From Callorhinchus milii (lineage: Eukaryota): a DNA stretch of 60,000 nt. Below the pieces are notes generated by a model. It was not told the origin of the DNA, searched no databases, and saw only the letters and a list, made by a program, of their open reading frames with translations. The first letter of the stretch is position 1; every line of letters starts with the position of its first letter. The translations under genes and the position numbers were made by a program. The stretch covers positions 1,428,001-1,488,000 of the forward strand of contig NW_024704742.1 in NCBI RefSeq assembly GCF_018977255.1, read 5' to 3'. Positions 1 to 13,150 of the stretch are shown here, in pieces.

Positions 1-424
1 AATAAACGTTCAAGAATCAGGAACATCTCCAGATGGGTACAACAATTCCTGACAATCTTTACCGCGGATTGCAAAAAAAAATACATTCCTGCAAATGCAG
101 ACGTGTATTTTTATAGCCCTATTTGATGCACATTATCACAACTACCAACAACAATTTAAAATAAATGTAAAGAGGTCAATAAGCCTAGTTCTTGAGAATA
201 GGGCATTTCTGGTTAAAAATGCATCAATATGCTATTTTTGGACTGGAACGGTTGGGCATTAAGCCACTTTGGATTGTTGTGCTTTGATTAATCAGATGCT
301 TGTTAAGTGATCGACATTTACTGCCTCAGTGAGTAAGACTGAAGTGGTTGACCTGTGGCAATGGGTGTGACATTGTGCACTGCTGACAGTAAAGTGCAGA
401 AAATGGAGGACGGTTCCTATTTGT

Positions 425-742
425 GGAGTCCTGTAGCTCAGTGGTGAGAGCACTCGCTTTGCAAGCGAGAGACCTGAGTTCAATCCCAGGCAGAGGGCCA
501 AACCTTGGGCAAGTTTCCTTACTCCACACAGAGCCTAATAATAGTCCCTCCAAAACAAAACAATAATAAATTGGTCATTTTCAATCTACGACTGTTTGTG
601 GGACATTGCTGTGCGCAATTGGCTGCCACGTTCGCCCACAAACATACAGTCAATTCACTTTACAGTGTGTTCTGTGAAGCGTTTTGGGACGTCCTCCCGA
701 CGTGAAAAGCGCTATATCAAATGCAAGGATTATTATTATTAT
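425..742 (+). mobile_element. Full-length tRNA-derived SINE (tRNA head, Deu-like 3' body, L2-type tail ending (TAT)n)
   Basis: Head GGAGTCCTGTAGCTCAGTGGTGAGAGC (A box) and GAGTTCAATCC (B box); body TGTTTGTGGGACATTGCTGTGCGCAATTGGCTGCC; tail GCGCTATATCAAATGCAAGGATTATTATT. Many near-identical copies in the window. Confidence 0.93.
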
Positions 743-1309
743 GATTTGTTGAACAATCTGTGGTGCTTTTTCTTTGGCCCAAATGCTTCATTGCAAAAGC
801 ACAGGTGGACACCAAGAAAGCTTCGAACATGATGAGGCATAACATTAACATAGTTACATAAAATACACAAAGCTGGGTATGATGTGGGAGTAGAGGAGGG
901 TGGGGAAGGGAAAGAAGAGGGAAAGAGGGAAAGGTGTGTCTTAAGGCAGGCTATGAACTTGGGGAGGGAAGGAATGAGACAAATTGGTTCTGTGATGGAG
1001 TCCCAACCACCGATTATGAAGCAGATAAAGCAGGGGTCATAAAAATATGAATCGTAGAAAGTTTGCAGCACAGAATGAGGCTATTCAGGTCATTGTATTT
1101 GTGCTGGTTCTAGTTATACCCAGTTGAGTTACTGGGGTCAAGATTGCAGTAGTCCTAAACATATTGCAATTTTAATTTAAAGAACAGCATTGAAAATTAG
1201 GCTAAATTGTTCCACTTGATCTCTGAATAATGGTACCACCCAAAGCCAACTGAAGAATGCTCAAAGCCACCACCTAGAATTTATACTTAGTTACACTATT
1301 TATACTCCC

Positions 1310-1690
1310 ACTCCTCTCTCACCACCACTATAACCCGCATGAAACCGATTACCTGCTCCTTCGACCCCATCCCTATCCCTCTCCTTGCCTCCCAGCTCCA
1401 CCTCCTTGCCCCACTACTCATAGACATCATAAACCTCTCCTTGTCCATTGGTACCATTCCCACCCATTTAAAAATGGCTGTCATCACTCCTATCCTCTAA
1501 AAAAAAACCCTCCCTGGACCCATCTACCACCCCATCTCCAACCTCCCTTTCTTCTCCAAGGTACTGGAATAAATTGTTGCTTCCCAGCTTCGCTCTTTCC
1601 TCTCCCGGTGTTCCCTTCATGAACCCCTCCAATTGGGTTTCCGTGCTGCCCACAGCACAGAAATAGCCCTGGTCAAAGTGACAAATGACC
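1310..1690 (+). mobile_element. L2 LINE ORF2 fragment (start of RT domain)
   Basis: Degenerate TCSFDPIP and GFRAAHSTEIALVKVTND motifs, typical of L2 reverse transcriptase. Confidence 0.9.
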
Positions 1691-3277
1691 GGGACCTGGT
1701 CAAAGATGGACAGAATGTCATTTGTCACTTTAATATCCATCTACACAGGCAGACCAAGCCTAGGCTTAATGCAAGGATGACGATAAGTATTAGTATCTGG
1801 TTTGCTAGAGAAAAAACGGCAACAACACCTGTCCCTTAAGTTTCTCTTGAGATTTCATGAAATCATGTTGGATGCTGGACTGTTCATAAGTGTAGGATGA
1901 GGTCTAATTTATTTGATAAGTATTATTCTCCACAAAGAGTCAAAACCATGCTTTTCTAAAAAAAATCTTACTCGATTTCCTCAGTAAATTGACCTTTTCC
2001 TTAACAGCCCTTTTCTCAACGCTGATTCTTCCCTCAGACTGGCTCAAGGCCCCAAAAGAAACCATCTGTATTCCAACTGCCCCATTGTTTCTGGTTGGAT
2101 TACCTCAGTCACTTCATCCTGTTGCCGACATTTTCTCACGAGATAAGAACACTTTGTAATCTCATGTGATTTGGCCATTAAGGACAAAGCTTTTCAAGGG
2201 CAGCATTCAATTCTGTTCTTGTGACCCGAGTCTGACGTAATCAGATTCAGACTGTGGGTGGCCTCTTGTGGCTGAAGCCAATGTTGATCTCTAACAATGG
2301 AAAGCCAGCTTGTGAACTGATGTTCTTTCCCCCACCACAAAAGATATCTTTTCAATAGAAGCATTCACGGTTCGGTTGCAACCGAGAGAAATGAGCTCGC
2401 TGCCCGAACAATGTCTAAAACTTCAGTGTTTTTGTATTTTGTGCGATTATTGTTGTCAAATTGTAGGAAATACTACTGTTCGGACGCTTAAATTGCTAAT
2501 TATATTAGCAATAACTAGTGATAAATAATAGAATCGATTAATCGGGGTTCAAGTCATTATGTTCCTTTTAACACTTGAGTAAATTGAACGTCTCGTTACA
2601 TCTTCAAAGTTGATGCAGAAGGAATTTGAAAAGAGAAGGGAGTTTCTCTTGAAATCTGAACCAATCATCTCACGACAGTTTGTGGGACACTGCTGTACAC
2701 AGGCTGCCTGTTACGTTTGCCGACAAGTACACAGTAATTACACTTGACAATAAAGGATTGTTACAAATCAAATACAAGGATTAACACGAATTTCATCCTC
2801 AAAGAGATGAGCTCCTGGGTGCCGTGGATATCGCTGGTTTCAAACCCAGCGTTGACTTGATAGGTGAAAGTTGCTGTCTGCAAGGCGCTGTAATAAATTA
2901 TATTAAATAAATCTGTCCAGATCCCAATAGGTGCAGTCACGCAACATTAAAATTACCTACAATTTATTATGGCACCGGCAAAAATCTCTTTCAGAGAGTC
3001 CACAAGGATGTGGGAAGAGAATGCCCTGAGTTAGTGTAATAACAGTATTTACTATATATTTACTGTGTTTGGTGCATTCACATCTAGAGTGCTTGACAAA
3101 CACCCAGCCAGCAAACAAGGGAAATATTGACCAAACTCATAGTCAAGGAGATGTGTTTTCAGGAGGTTAGGGAACGTTAGTCGAGGGGCAGCAAGGCAAA
3201 AAAAAAATTTCACAAGGGGCTGTAAAGCACTTTATAGGCAAAGAGCCTGAGCTGGGGGGAGGTTGGTGGTAAAGTGA

Positions 3278-3520
3278 AGTCCTGTAGCTGAATGGTTAGA
3301 GTGCTCACCTCGCAAGCAAGATGACCCGGGTTCGATTCCCGTCAGGGCGAAACGTTAGGCAAGTTTCCTTACTCCCCACGCCTCTGTTTACCAGCAGTAA
3401 GTAGGAACCCGGTTGTTAGTCAATTGGCGGATCGCTTTTCCGGGGGTAATAATCCCTTCAAAAATAAATAAATAAATGAATAAATAATAATAATTTGGTC
3501 ACTCAATCCACGACTGCTTG
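3278..3520 (+). mobile_element. tRNA-derived SINE, 3'-truncated
   Basis: AGTCCTGTAGCTGAATGGTTAGAG...GGTTCGATTCCC head; similarity stops after AATCCACGACTG. Confidence 0.88.
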
Positions 3521-5822
3521 TAAATCGTTTAGAGTTCCTGCTCTTGACCACCACGTAGAGATAACTGCTGGAAGGTGAGCGTGTGCAGATGTTGGGTGAG
3601 GACAGCATGAAACTCAAGTTGTGATGCCCCCGTCTCTCCCGCCATAGTCAATTAACCTGCTGCCATCACTCACTGTAAGGGCTCACACATGAGATGAGGT
3701 ACCAGAGGGCATTGGCCTAGAGGAAAGGTGGAGAAAATTGGAGGAGCTGAAAAGACACACAAAACTCTTCTAAATAATGAAGCAGTAGTATTGAGAAAAT
3801 AATAAAAAGTACAAGCATCTCTCGGAATGTATTGGGACAGACAAAGGCGCCCATTCACGAAACGTACAATCAGCAAAGACTTTGTGAACGAGGAGTAGGA
3901 ATGAACTGGTAAGACTAGATTTCACATACATTTAGGGGACCATTTTGTTCTCAATGTTAAATTAGCTTTGAATTAGCAAGTTGACCATGGTTAATGGCAG
4001 GACGTACGTTCTTTGGCTTTAGTTGATTTGACAATCCTTGTGTTCTGGCCATAATTCTACGGCTCGGGTTGAGAGGAGAGGACTGGAGAGCAGAAAGACT
4101 AGCAGTCCATAACAAGACCAGGAAGAAAGAAGAGTAGCAAAGGCTTTTGATAAAACTGCCAAAAGGTGCTTTAGTCACACACGACGGTGCTGGTGTTAGA
4201 GCTCAGCGTGGGGGAAACATACTGACAAGCTCCGGTGTGAATTGTACAAAGATAAACGGAAGATCAGCAGTGATAATGATGATCAATTGGAGGTAGGAGG
4301 AGGTCAATTGGAAGTCACATGCACAGATGTGCTTTGGTTCTCTGTGCGAGCAGAGTGTCAGGTGGGAGGCCGGATAAAGCAGCTGTCAGTGTTTTGGAAG
4401 AAGATGTTTGCACTGTACTTCAGAGAAAAGCTGAGCCAAGAGGAACGATGAAAGGTGAGAAACTGTGAACTGATTAAGCCAGGAATATGCTGCTGGAGTC
4501 GCATTTATTAAACTCAACTCAAACTCAGCCTGAGGGGGAAAACACTTGAAGCTGACCCATTTACAGTGTAAAAAGAGGCCAACATTTGGACAGAAAAGTA
4601 ATTTTCCAGAATATTCAATCTGTTTCCCGATATCCTTTATGAATTTAACCTCAGATCCCACCACATACATCAAAGCCACAAGCTCTGATCTGTCGCACTG
4701 GGCTGCAAAATGACCCATTGGAAGCAGATGCTACAAAATAATCATTTTGTGTCAGGTCCAAAAAAAAAGGAATTAAAGAACAGAATAAATCACATTCATA
4801 GTCACAAAGTGGGACTTCAATTTTGTGCTTAATAAACACGGTATTTGCAATGTACTCAACTGCTCTCAGAACCGCCAGTTTCAACATTGGAAAGAATTGG
4901 TGGAAAATCCGGGCATCCGGGATCTAATACTTGAGATTAATAAGGGAAGCAGGAAGTACATGATTCCCACCGATAAGAACTCCGTTCTGACGTGATCTAC
5001 TTCCTGAACCGAGCTGTTACCATGACACGGTGAAATAACACAAGTACCCGCGTGGCTTCCGTGTTGATGAATTCTTTTTGGAACACCACACGTATCAGAT
5101 CCCTTTCTGACACACACGGATGGAAAATTTCCCGTTGCACAGATTAACAGATCAACTGGTGACTCCAACCACGGCGGCTAAAGCACTAATTCTCTCTCAA
5201 ATTAATTGCCTCGGTGAACGCAGGCTTTACAGCTCCAACGTGAGTGTCCTTAGGGCAAAGTACACTGACGAGGAAACAAAATAGATTCTAAATTCTCAAA
5301 GCTGCAGGTTACTGGCATCTTGTCATAATCCCAGCTAATAACTGCTAGTAAAATAACCTCCTTCAAAGCAATTCTAAATATTGATGAGGTTTCTTATGGG
5401 GCTTCTGCAGTTTTCGTGGCGTGACACTGCTGTGCACAACCGGTTGCCGCATTTCGCCAACACAATACACAGTCAGTTCATCATCCTTTGAAGCGTTTTG
5501 AGACCTTTCAACGACGTGATAAGGCGCTGTATCAAATCCAAGTATTATTGTCAATATTAGTATTTGATTTTTTTCTTGCTTTCAACCCCCAAGCAGGAAA
5601 ATCCAGTCCGATGAGCTGGAATTGCCGGCTAAGTGTAATTACGACGCTGGTACTGGAATTAACCAGCTCTTTTCGGCCACTGTTTTATTTCCGTACCGGA
5701 AATACCGATAATACCGATAACTGACAGTAGCAATGACAACAAAAACAAATTACATTTGCATAGTGCCTTTCACACTCGGAGGATGTCACAAGGTGCTGGA
5801 CAGTCACGGATTTGCACCCGAG

Positions 5823-6200
5823 TTAATAATAATGATAATAATAATCATAATAATAATAATAATCCTTGCATTTGATATGGCACCTTATTATGTCTTCGAG
5901 ACGTCTCAAAGCGCTTCACAGAATATACTGTAAAGTGAATTGACTGTATATTTTGTGGGCAAAACGCGGCAGCCGATTGCACACAGCAGCGTCCCACAAG
6001 CAGTTGTGGATTGAGTGACCAAATTATTGAGGGAGGGAATATTACCCCCGGAAAAGTGATCCGCCAATCGACTAACAACCGGGTTTTTACTCACTGCTGG
6101 AAAACAGAGGCGTGTGTGGAGTAAGGAAACTTGCCCAATATTTTGCCCTGATCGGGAATCGAACTCAGATCGTCTCGGTTGTGAGGCAAGTGCTCTAACC
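5823..6200 (-). mobile_element. tRNA-derived SINE
   Basis: Reverse complement of the SINE body and tail; (AAT)n at 5826-5862. Confidence 0.9.
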
Positions 6201-7177
6201 AGCAAGCAAGTTAGGTACAGAACACAATTGTATTCAGTATGTCTGGTACTACGATTTGTATTACAGCAAAAATATCAGGATCAAGTTTCAATGACACTAC
6301 GCAGTGGCATGGAAAAAATAGCATCTTAACCGGCCCTGATTTAATTTGGTACATTCACATTCTCTCTTCTGACATTCCTTGTAGTTTGTACATTCATATT
6401 GTTAAAATGTTCTTACCGGGAGAAAGCAGGTTTAATTGCCCCACTGCGGACGTTATTTCATTACAGTCTTTATTCATGTGTATTTCTACTGATGCATATT
6501 TACATTGTCACACCGGTAGGAAATCACTATCTCCGTGACGCTGTGAAATTAAGTCCACTCTGAAGGCACGAGGAAGGAGTGGAGAGTGGGAGCAATTGTT
6601 AGTCGGTAATCGATCAACAACAATTCAAAACCGCACCACAGCACCTGAACGTTGAAGGTTGTATTTCGATTACAAAGCGACCATGGACTACAGAAATAAA
6701 AGTAAAGTGGGAAAGTGGCAAGACAGAAGCCTGGGGACCAGAACCATGACAAAAAGCAATAAAAAGCGACCTAGAATATAACGTGGACACGAAAGAGGGA
6801 GTATCAAAACAACTAACGGGTGAAATCAAGAGTAACAGCAGAATATTTTTTCAAGTACGCTAAAAAGAGAGTGGCAAAGCAGGAAGTGGGCCCGTTAAAT
6901 ACAGATTTGTGTATGTCAGTGATAGGGGATACATACATGGATTGAACAACTAGTGAAGGGAGTTTCTCCTGGTGTTCTGGCCAACAATCCCCCAAATAAA
7001 ATTAGTCACTCACTTCACGGCTGTTTGTGGGACACTGCTGTGCAATATTGGCTGCTGCATTTGCCCTCACAAATACACAGAGTCTCACTCCTTCACCGTA
7101 TATCCCGTGAAGTGCTTTGAGACGACTTGACAATGTAATGACGCGCCATATCAAATGCAAGCATTATTATTATTATT

Positions 7178-8090
7178 ACAAATGAATATTTTCCTCTCAG
7201 TCTTCAGAGTAGAGAAGGAGAATGCAATACTAAACCCAGAGGGCAAACTGGAAGTTAATGGAAGCGTGGGAAAGATACAGGGATTAAGACACGCAAACAA
7301 ACTGTTATCCGTAAGTTAATCGGAGATGAAGAATGACAAATCTCCCACCTCCGATGGTTTCTACCCCAGAGTAGTGAAAGAATCAGGCAAGGCCATTGCA
7401 CAGTCATTGCACGTAATCGTTCAAAGCTCTCATCATTTGGAAGCAATAGCAGAGGATTATAAGGTAGCAAATGTGGCCCCATTATTCAAGAGGGAACATC
7501 TCGAATAAATATAGGCCAGTGAGCAGTGAATTCAATGTCAGTAGTGGGGAAATTACTATAATCCATCATGAGAAGCAGAATAACTGAATACTTGGGCAAG
7601 TAATGAGCTGATCAAGGTGAGACAACATGGTTTTGTGAAAAGTAGGTCAGGTCTGACTAAGCTAATGGAATTCATTGACGAAACCACAGAGACGAAGGGG
7701 GTTTATGGATGTCATTCACCTGGATTTTCAGATGCCATTTGATGAGGTTTCAATAAGAAGAATCCCAGTTTAAGTTCAGATGAATGGATTTGGAGACCAT
7801 CTAAGTGGTATGGTTTAGGAGCTAGAGAGTTGGGATAAAGGAAAATCCACTTTTCGAACGCACAGATTGGTGTCAAGAACTCAATTGTTTGCGCTATATA
7901 TCAATTACCTGGATATAGGAACGCATATCTATGTTTGCTGATGATGACCCGAAGCTAGGTGCAGAAAACGGTAAAGAAGAGAGCAAAACACTGCAAAGAC
8001 GCACAGACATGTTAAGCAACTGGCTGGGTCGATGGCAAACAAAGTTCAATGCAGCAATGTGTGAGCCAGCACACTTTGGATGCGAAGCAT
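7178..8090 (+). mobile_element. CR1 LINE ORF2 fragment (RT domain), heavily decayed
   Basis: Motifs in the expected order: NEYFSS, KSPTSDGFYPRV, ANVAPLFK, QHGFVK, MFADDDPKLG, WQTKFN. Confidence 0.9.
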
Positions 8091-8447
8091 GTCGGACGAT
8101 TTTTGGGGGTAAGTATTTGACACGAGCGCAAAACTCATTATCTTGCTCAAGAATCTCCAAATCGAAGCGCGCTCTGGTGGTTTCACTTTTGACTAGTGTG
8201 TAGTGCACAACTCTCTCCGCAGCTTCTGTTGTGGGCGCCTTTGGACCTCTGACAGTTTTCCTGCGCGCGACAAAATGGCCAATTACTGGGTCATCAGAGC
8301 TCGGCCAACATCACCTCTGGGGTGCAATCTGTCGACCTGGAAGTTAGCCACTTATATTGCAACTGGGCTTCTGTGTGTCTGCATGGTGATGTGGTCATGT
8401 GAGCGATAAGATAAGGTTGCTGTCCGGTATCATTGATTGCCCCTTGT

Positions 8448-8481
<34 letters not shown>

Positions 8482-9026
8482 GGATTTGTTACAGTGTAAA
8501 GTGAATGGACTGTGTATCACCAGAGATATACAACAAAGGTTTTGTGGACGAAACGCGAAAACCAATTTCGCACAGCAAGATTGGGAAAAGGCTGATTGGG
8601 ATTTTATGTATCCCAGCTGATATATTTTATTGTATTTGGTATTAATATACTACACTACGAAATCCAACGGTCATTCACGTTGGATGATGGGATGAGCATG
8701 TGAGTTGGACATATTCCCTTGATTTAAAGAGGTTAATGGGAGATTTGATTGAAGTGCTTGAAACAATGAAGTGAATCGACAAGATAAACAGCCTTTTCCC
8801 TCCGGGGGACAAATGCAGAGAGGACAGAAACTCAAAGTGATGACACAGGCCACAGGAGAGGTTATTTTCTCATGAGGTTTTTGTTTGTAGGTAAACTTTA
8901 ACTAAAGACTGTGGTTTTCTTGGTTTTTTCTCCCTCTGGTGGCTATTTTAGAAATAAACAAGTAAAGCAATTACTGGGTATTTCCTTTCATTTCTTCCTA
9001 TTACAGCAGCTTTAAAGGGCCGACAT

Positions 9027-9120
9027 GTAGAATCGTAGAATTATACAGCACAGAAGGAGGCCATTCGGCCCATCGTGTCTGTGCTGGCTATTTTAAAAGA
9101 GCTTCCAATTCAATCCCACA
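9027..9120 (-). mobile_element. CR1 (HER1/HE1-type) 3' tail
   Basis: Reverse complement reads GATGGGCCGAATGGCCTCCTTCTGTGCTGTATAATTCTACGATTCTAC. Related tails lie near 1050, 20970, 21830, 28470, 32970 and 34540. Confidence 0.8.
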
Positions 9121-9149
9121 ATTGATTTACAACAAAGATTTACAAAGAA

Positions 9150-9780
9150 TATACAGCACGAGGCCAAGAACATGAAGGGATTTGAAGGGTAGGAGGACGA
9201 TCTTGAATTTGATCTGCTGGGGGTGGGCAGCCAGTGGAGCTGGGCGAGGATGGGGGGTAAAGGCTTGCGGAGCTTTGTGTGGGAAAGGACACGAGCTGCA
9301 GAGGTTTGGATAGTGTTCAGCTTGCGAAGGCAAGAAGTGAGCAGAGAGTTGGTGTAATCTAACCTGGACGTGATGAATGCATGCATTAGGGTCTTCACAG
9401 GTGGAGCAAGCGAGGGTGAACTGAAGATTGAAGTCACCCAAGATGAGGAGACGTTTGGAGCAGTGGTAAAACGGACGATAGGAGGGAGAGGTTGGAGAGA
9501 AACATACTAGAAGGTTTAGGAGGATAATTGGTGAGAATTATTCGGGAGGGATTGGAGGAATAGTAAAGGATGAAGTGTTCAAGAGGGGAAAAGTAAGGGG
9601 ATAGACTGAGTGGGACTCTGGAGATGACAGCCACGCCACCACCACAATGGTTGGGGGAACCATTGCGAGGTTTGGGGGGAGGAGAGGAGGGGGAGAGGAG
9701 GAGGGAAATTGTCGGGAAGGTGGAGATGTGAATGAGTGAAGAAAGGTTCCCTCCCGGCATTCAGGACCAGTGGGATTTGC
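9150..9780 (-). mobile_element. L2 LINE fragments (AP-endonuclease part joined to ORF2 C-terminal part)
   Basis: GGGVAVI and GDFNLQF endonuclease motifs directly followed by HAFITSRLDYTNSLL...LHWLP; the RT core is missing. Confidence 0.85.
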
Positions 9781-10024
9781 AATGGAAATGGGCTTGAAAA
9801 CTATCAGGTGTTGATGTTCCAAAGGAAATTACTTTGGACGGCTTCAATTCAATTTGTATTGGACTCCAATCCAAAGCACAAAACTGCTGGTAATGTGGTG
9901 CTAATTGACACTAATGGGATAAAGTGATCAGGATGGGCCTTGTGGGAAATGGGAATGACAGAACGTCACCCCTCTGAGCTGAGGGCACGGGGACGATCAT
10001 TCAACATTTCAGTTTGGAACACAA

Positions 10025-10229
10025 TACGTGACAGCCAATTGCGCACAGTGGCGTCACACAAACAGTCGTGGATTGAAATGACCAATTTATTATTGTTTTT
10101 TTTCTTGAGGGATTATTATCAGGCGTGCGGAGTAAAGAAACTTACCCAAAGTTTCGCCCTGCAGGGAATAGAACCCAGGTCCTCTCGCTTGCGAGGGCGA
10201 GTGCTCTAACCCCTGAGCTACAGGACTCC
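10025..10229 (-). mobile_element. tRNA-derived SINE lacking its tail
   Basis: Ends in TGAGCTACAGGACTCC, the reverse complement of the head. Confidence 0.88.
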
Positions 10230-10439
10230 ATTGTTCAACTGACCCTTTTTTAAAAATAAACTTGGCATTGCAAACACGTTCCTGGAACTGATCGGCCTGT
10301 TTGCGCACCTTTTATTGGAGAGTTTGTGTCAGGGCCACACACTTACGCCGATGTTTGGAGGGGGAGTGCCGCAGAGATTTGCACGGAGCATTGCTAACGC
10401 TCGCGTACAAAGCTTATGCGGTAGTTCTGAAGACGACAA

Positions 10440-10645
10440 TCCTCCTGGGGGGAGGGTGGGTGGGGAGTGTGGGGAGGGATAAGCGGGAACTACTTGGAGC
10501 TGAACTGGCTCCAAGGTGACATGCCTGGCAATGCAATGTCAGAACGGAGCCAACTCTCTGTGGCCGTCTCGGTGGTCCGCTTCCTGAACCAGTCAGGTCC
10601 ACAGTATTCCAGGGCACTGCTGATGACAAGACCCGTCAGCTTGGC
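10440..10645 (-). repeat. Unclassified interspersed repeat, copy 1
   Basis: Homologous to 35282-35410, 41885-42210 and 58285-58420. Confidence 0.75.
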
Positions 10646-11569
10646 TATAATTTTATTTTATGCGTAGCACAGAATAATATGCCGTAAACCGATTTGATGC
10701 CGCAGTACAAAATAGCAACTTCAACAGAGTTGGGGCCATCACGAACACATTGGTTTTCATAGTTTGGCTCCCCGAGGTCAATGCTTTTGCAAAGTGCCAG
10801 CAGGCCGAACCCCAATATAATTTTATCTGAGTCGTGATTTAGAATAATAATAACCCTTGCATTTTAAATGGTGCCTTTCATGCGAGGAGGACATCTCAAA
10901 GCACTTCACGGGATTCACCGGCCTGGCACAGCAGGAGGCAAAGAGAAACAGCAGCTTTAACAGAAGTCAACAGGAGTGAAGCTAATTGTGAACTTGTACA
11001 TTTGTAATAATCCTTGCATTTGACTTGTCACGTTGTCAGACGTTCAGAGTCTGCAAAAAATTGCACTTTTTGTTTGCATTTTCCTGCTTCAATATTTTTA
11101 TTCTTCAACCGTTTGCAATTCATTTCTGAAGGCAGAACCTTCAACTTTTACTTTCCCACCGTCCTCTTCCCCCCCCGGTTGTGGGACATCGTTACCTACA
11201 AAATACGCAATCACTACACGTGACGGTAAATCCTGTGACATGCCTTCGAGGCCTCTCGACAATGTGATAAAGCGCGAGAACAAACGCGAGGATTATTATT
11301 GCACGAGTTCAAAATTAACCCGACTCCCATTGATTTTTGTTACAGCTGCTGTTTGTCTTTGCTTCCTCTAAGTGGCAGTGCACTATCTTGGAAAAACATA
11401 CTAAACCCTGGAGGATGTTTGAATTTGAAAGGGTTAGAGTCCAAACACCGTGTTGATGATGGCAGCACAGCCTGCTTTCCGGAGGCTCCACGTTCTATCA
11501 TTTTGTGCCGGTTTGAAAACTAAATATACGTTTGCTTTGCTTTTATATTCTCGAGTACAGCCTCCGACT

Positions 11570-12135
11570 GTCTGCGCTTTCGCCACCTCCCGCCTCAATT
11601 ACTCCAATGCCCCTCTCGCCGGTCTCCCCAGCTCCATGATCCACAAAGTCAACAAATTCTAAATTCCGCCGCTTCTATACCCACCCGCTCTAACCTCCGT
11701 ACCCCCAGCACACCAGTCCTCGCCGGGCTCCACTGGCTCTCTGTCACAGAATGGATTGACCTCAAGATCCTCACACTGGTCTACAAATCCGTTCATGCCC
11801 TGACACTTCCCTACCTCTCCGACCTGCTCACTACCCACTCCACTACCCGCTGACTGCCTTGGCTGGCTCTGGCCTCCTACTTGATTCTCGTTCCCTCCGC
11901 TCCCACTTAGGTGGCAGTGCTTTCAGCCACTATACCCCAAACTGGAATTCTCTCCCTCGATCCCTTCTGCCTTTCCCCCCCATTTTTCAGATTCACGCCT
12001 GAAGAATGCCTCTTCGATCATGCTTACGGAGATGCCACCTCCTCCCTCCCTTCCGGCTCGGATTCAGGCTCCGCCACTGTTAAGAGCTCCGAGACCCAAC
12101 CCCACGGTAACATCGCTGGATAAATACAAGCTCGA
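11570..12135 (+). mobile_element. L2 LINE 3' end
   Basis: AFATSRLNYSNAPLAGLP and LHWL motifs, followed by a pyrimidine-rich 3' UTR. Confidence 0.88.
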
Positions 12136-12799
12136 GCTGAAGGATAGGCAGCAAATTTGCAATTGGACACGATTATAATAATCCTTGCATTTGATATAGC
12201 GCCTTATCATGTCGTTGAGATGTCTCGAAGCGCTTCACAAAATCTACTGTAACCAAATTATTAATATTATATTTTGAAGGAAGGAATTATTACCCCCGGA
12301 AAGCGATCTACCAATTGACTAACAAGCGGGTTCCTACTTATGCTATCATGATCTGCGTTGTTACTGCTGGGAAAACTGATAATGAACAGATTCTGCAAGT
12401 TAAACAATGTTCTTTTCACTAAAAGAAAAATACATTCCCCTGAGCCTGTGTCCTGCAGTTAATTGAACATGACGTTGCTTTTGAAAAAAAGGAAGCCTGT
12501 GATTATGCCATTTTAAACGCTGCAAGATCTTTGTCAAACAGCCAGCGGGGTAGATATCTGGAAGCACTCTGCATCCTTGGTGAAAGTGCCGCAGAAGATG
12601 CTGCCTCGCCTTGTTTAAACATCCACCTGAAGGGGCAGATAAGGCCTCAGTTTAATGTCTTATCCAAAGCATAACACCTCTGGCAATGCAACACCCCCCC
12701 AGTACAGCATTCGAGTGTCATCCTACGTGGAGCTTGAACCCACCACCTTCTGACTGCAGCCTGATAATAGTCTGCATGTCCAAGCAAACTTGAGGACAG

Positions 12800-13150
12800 T
12801 GAGAATGTGTGCGAGAGAGAGAAAGCCTAGTGACCGTGTGATGTGCACGTTTAAGGGTGTATGAGATAACCCAATGGGTGCATTGGTGCGTACCGAGAGA
12901 GAAAGAAAAAGAGAGCCGAGAGATAGCGTGTGGGAGTGCGTCTGCATGAGATAGAGAGAGAGAGTCCAGCAGTGGTGCGTGAGTATGGGCATGTACGAGA
13001 GGGACAGAAAAAGTCTGATGACAGTATGTGGGTGCGTATGAGAAAGAAAGAGGGAGGCAGGGAAGGAGGGAGAGAAAGAAAAAGTGACAGTGTGTGGGTG
13101 TGGAAGTGTATGAGAGGGCGAGAGCCGAGCAACAGTATCTGTGAGTGTAC
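12800..13150. repeat. Degenerate compound (GA)/(GT) low-complexity repeat
   Basis: Alternating GAGAGA runs and ACAGTGTGTGGGTG-like blocks. Confidence 0.7.

Noticed and set aside
425..497. tRNA-like cloverleafs here and at 17468, 29042 and 43070
   Set aside because: They continue directly into SINE bodies, so they are SINE heads and not tRNA genes.
5612..5668. Imperfect palindrome GAGCTGG...CCAGCTC
   Set aside because: Short and single-copy in the window, with no clear target duplication or miRNA-like stem.
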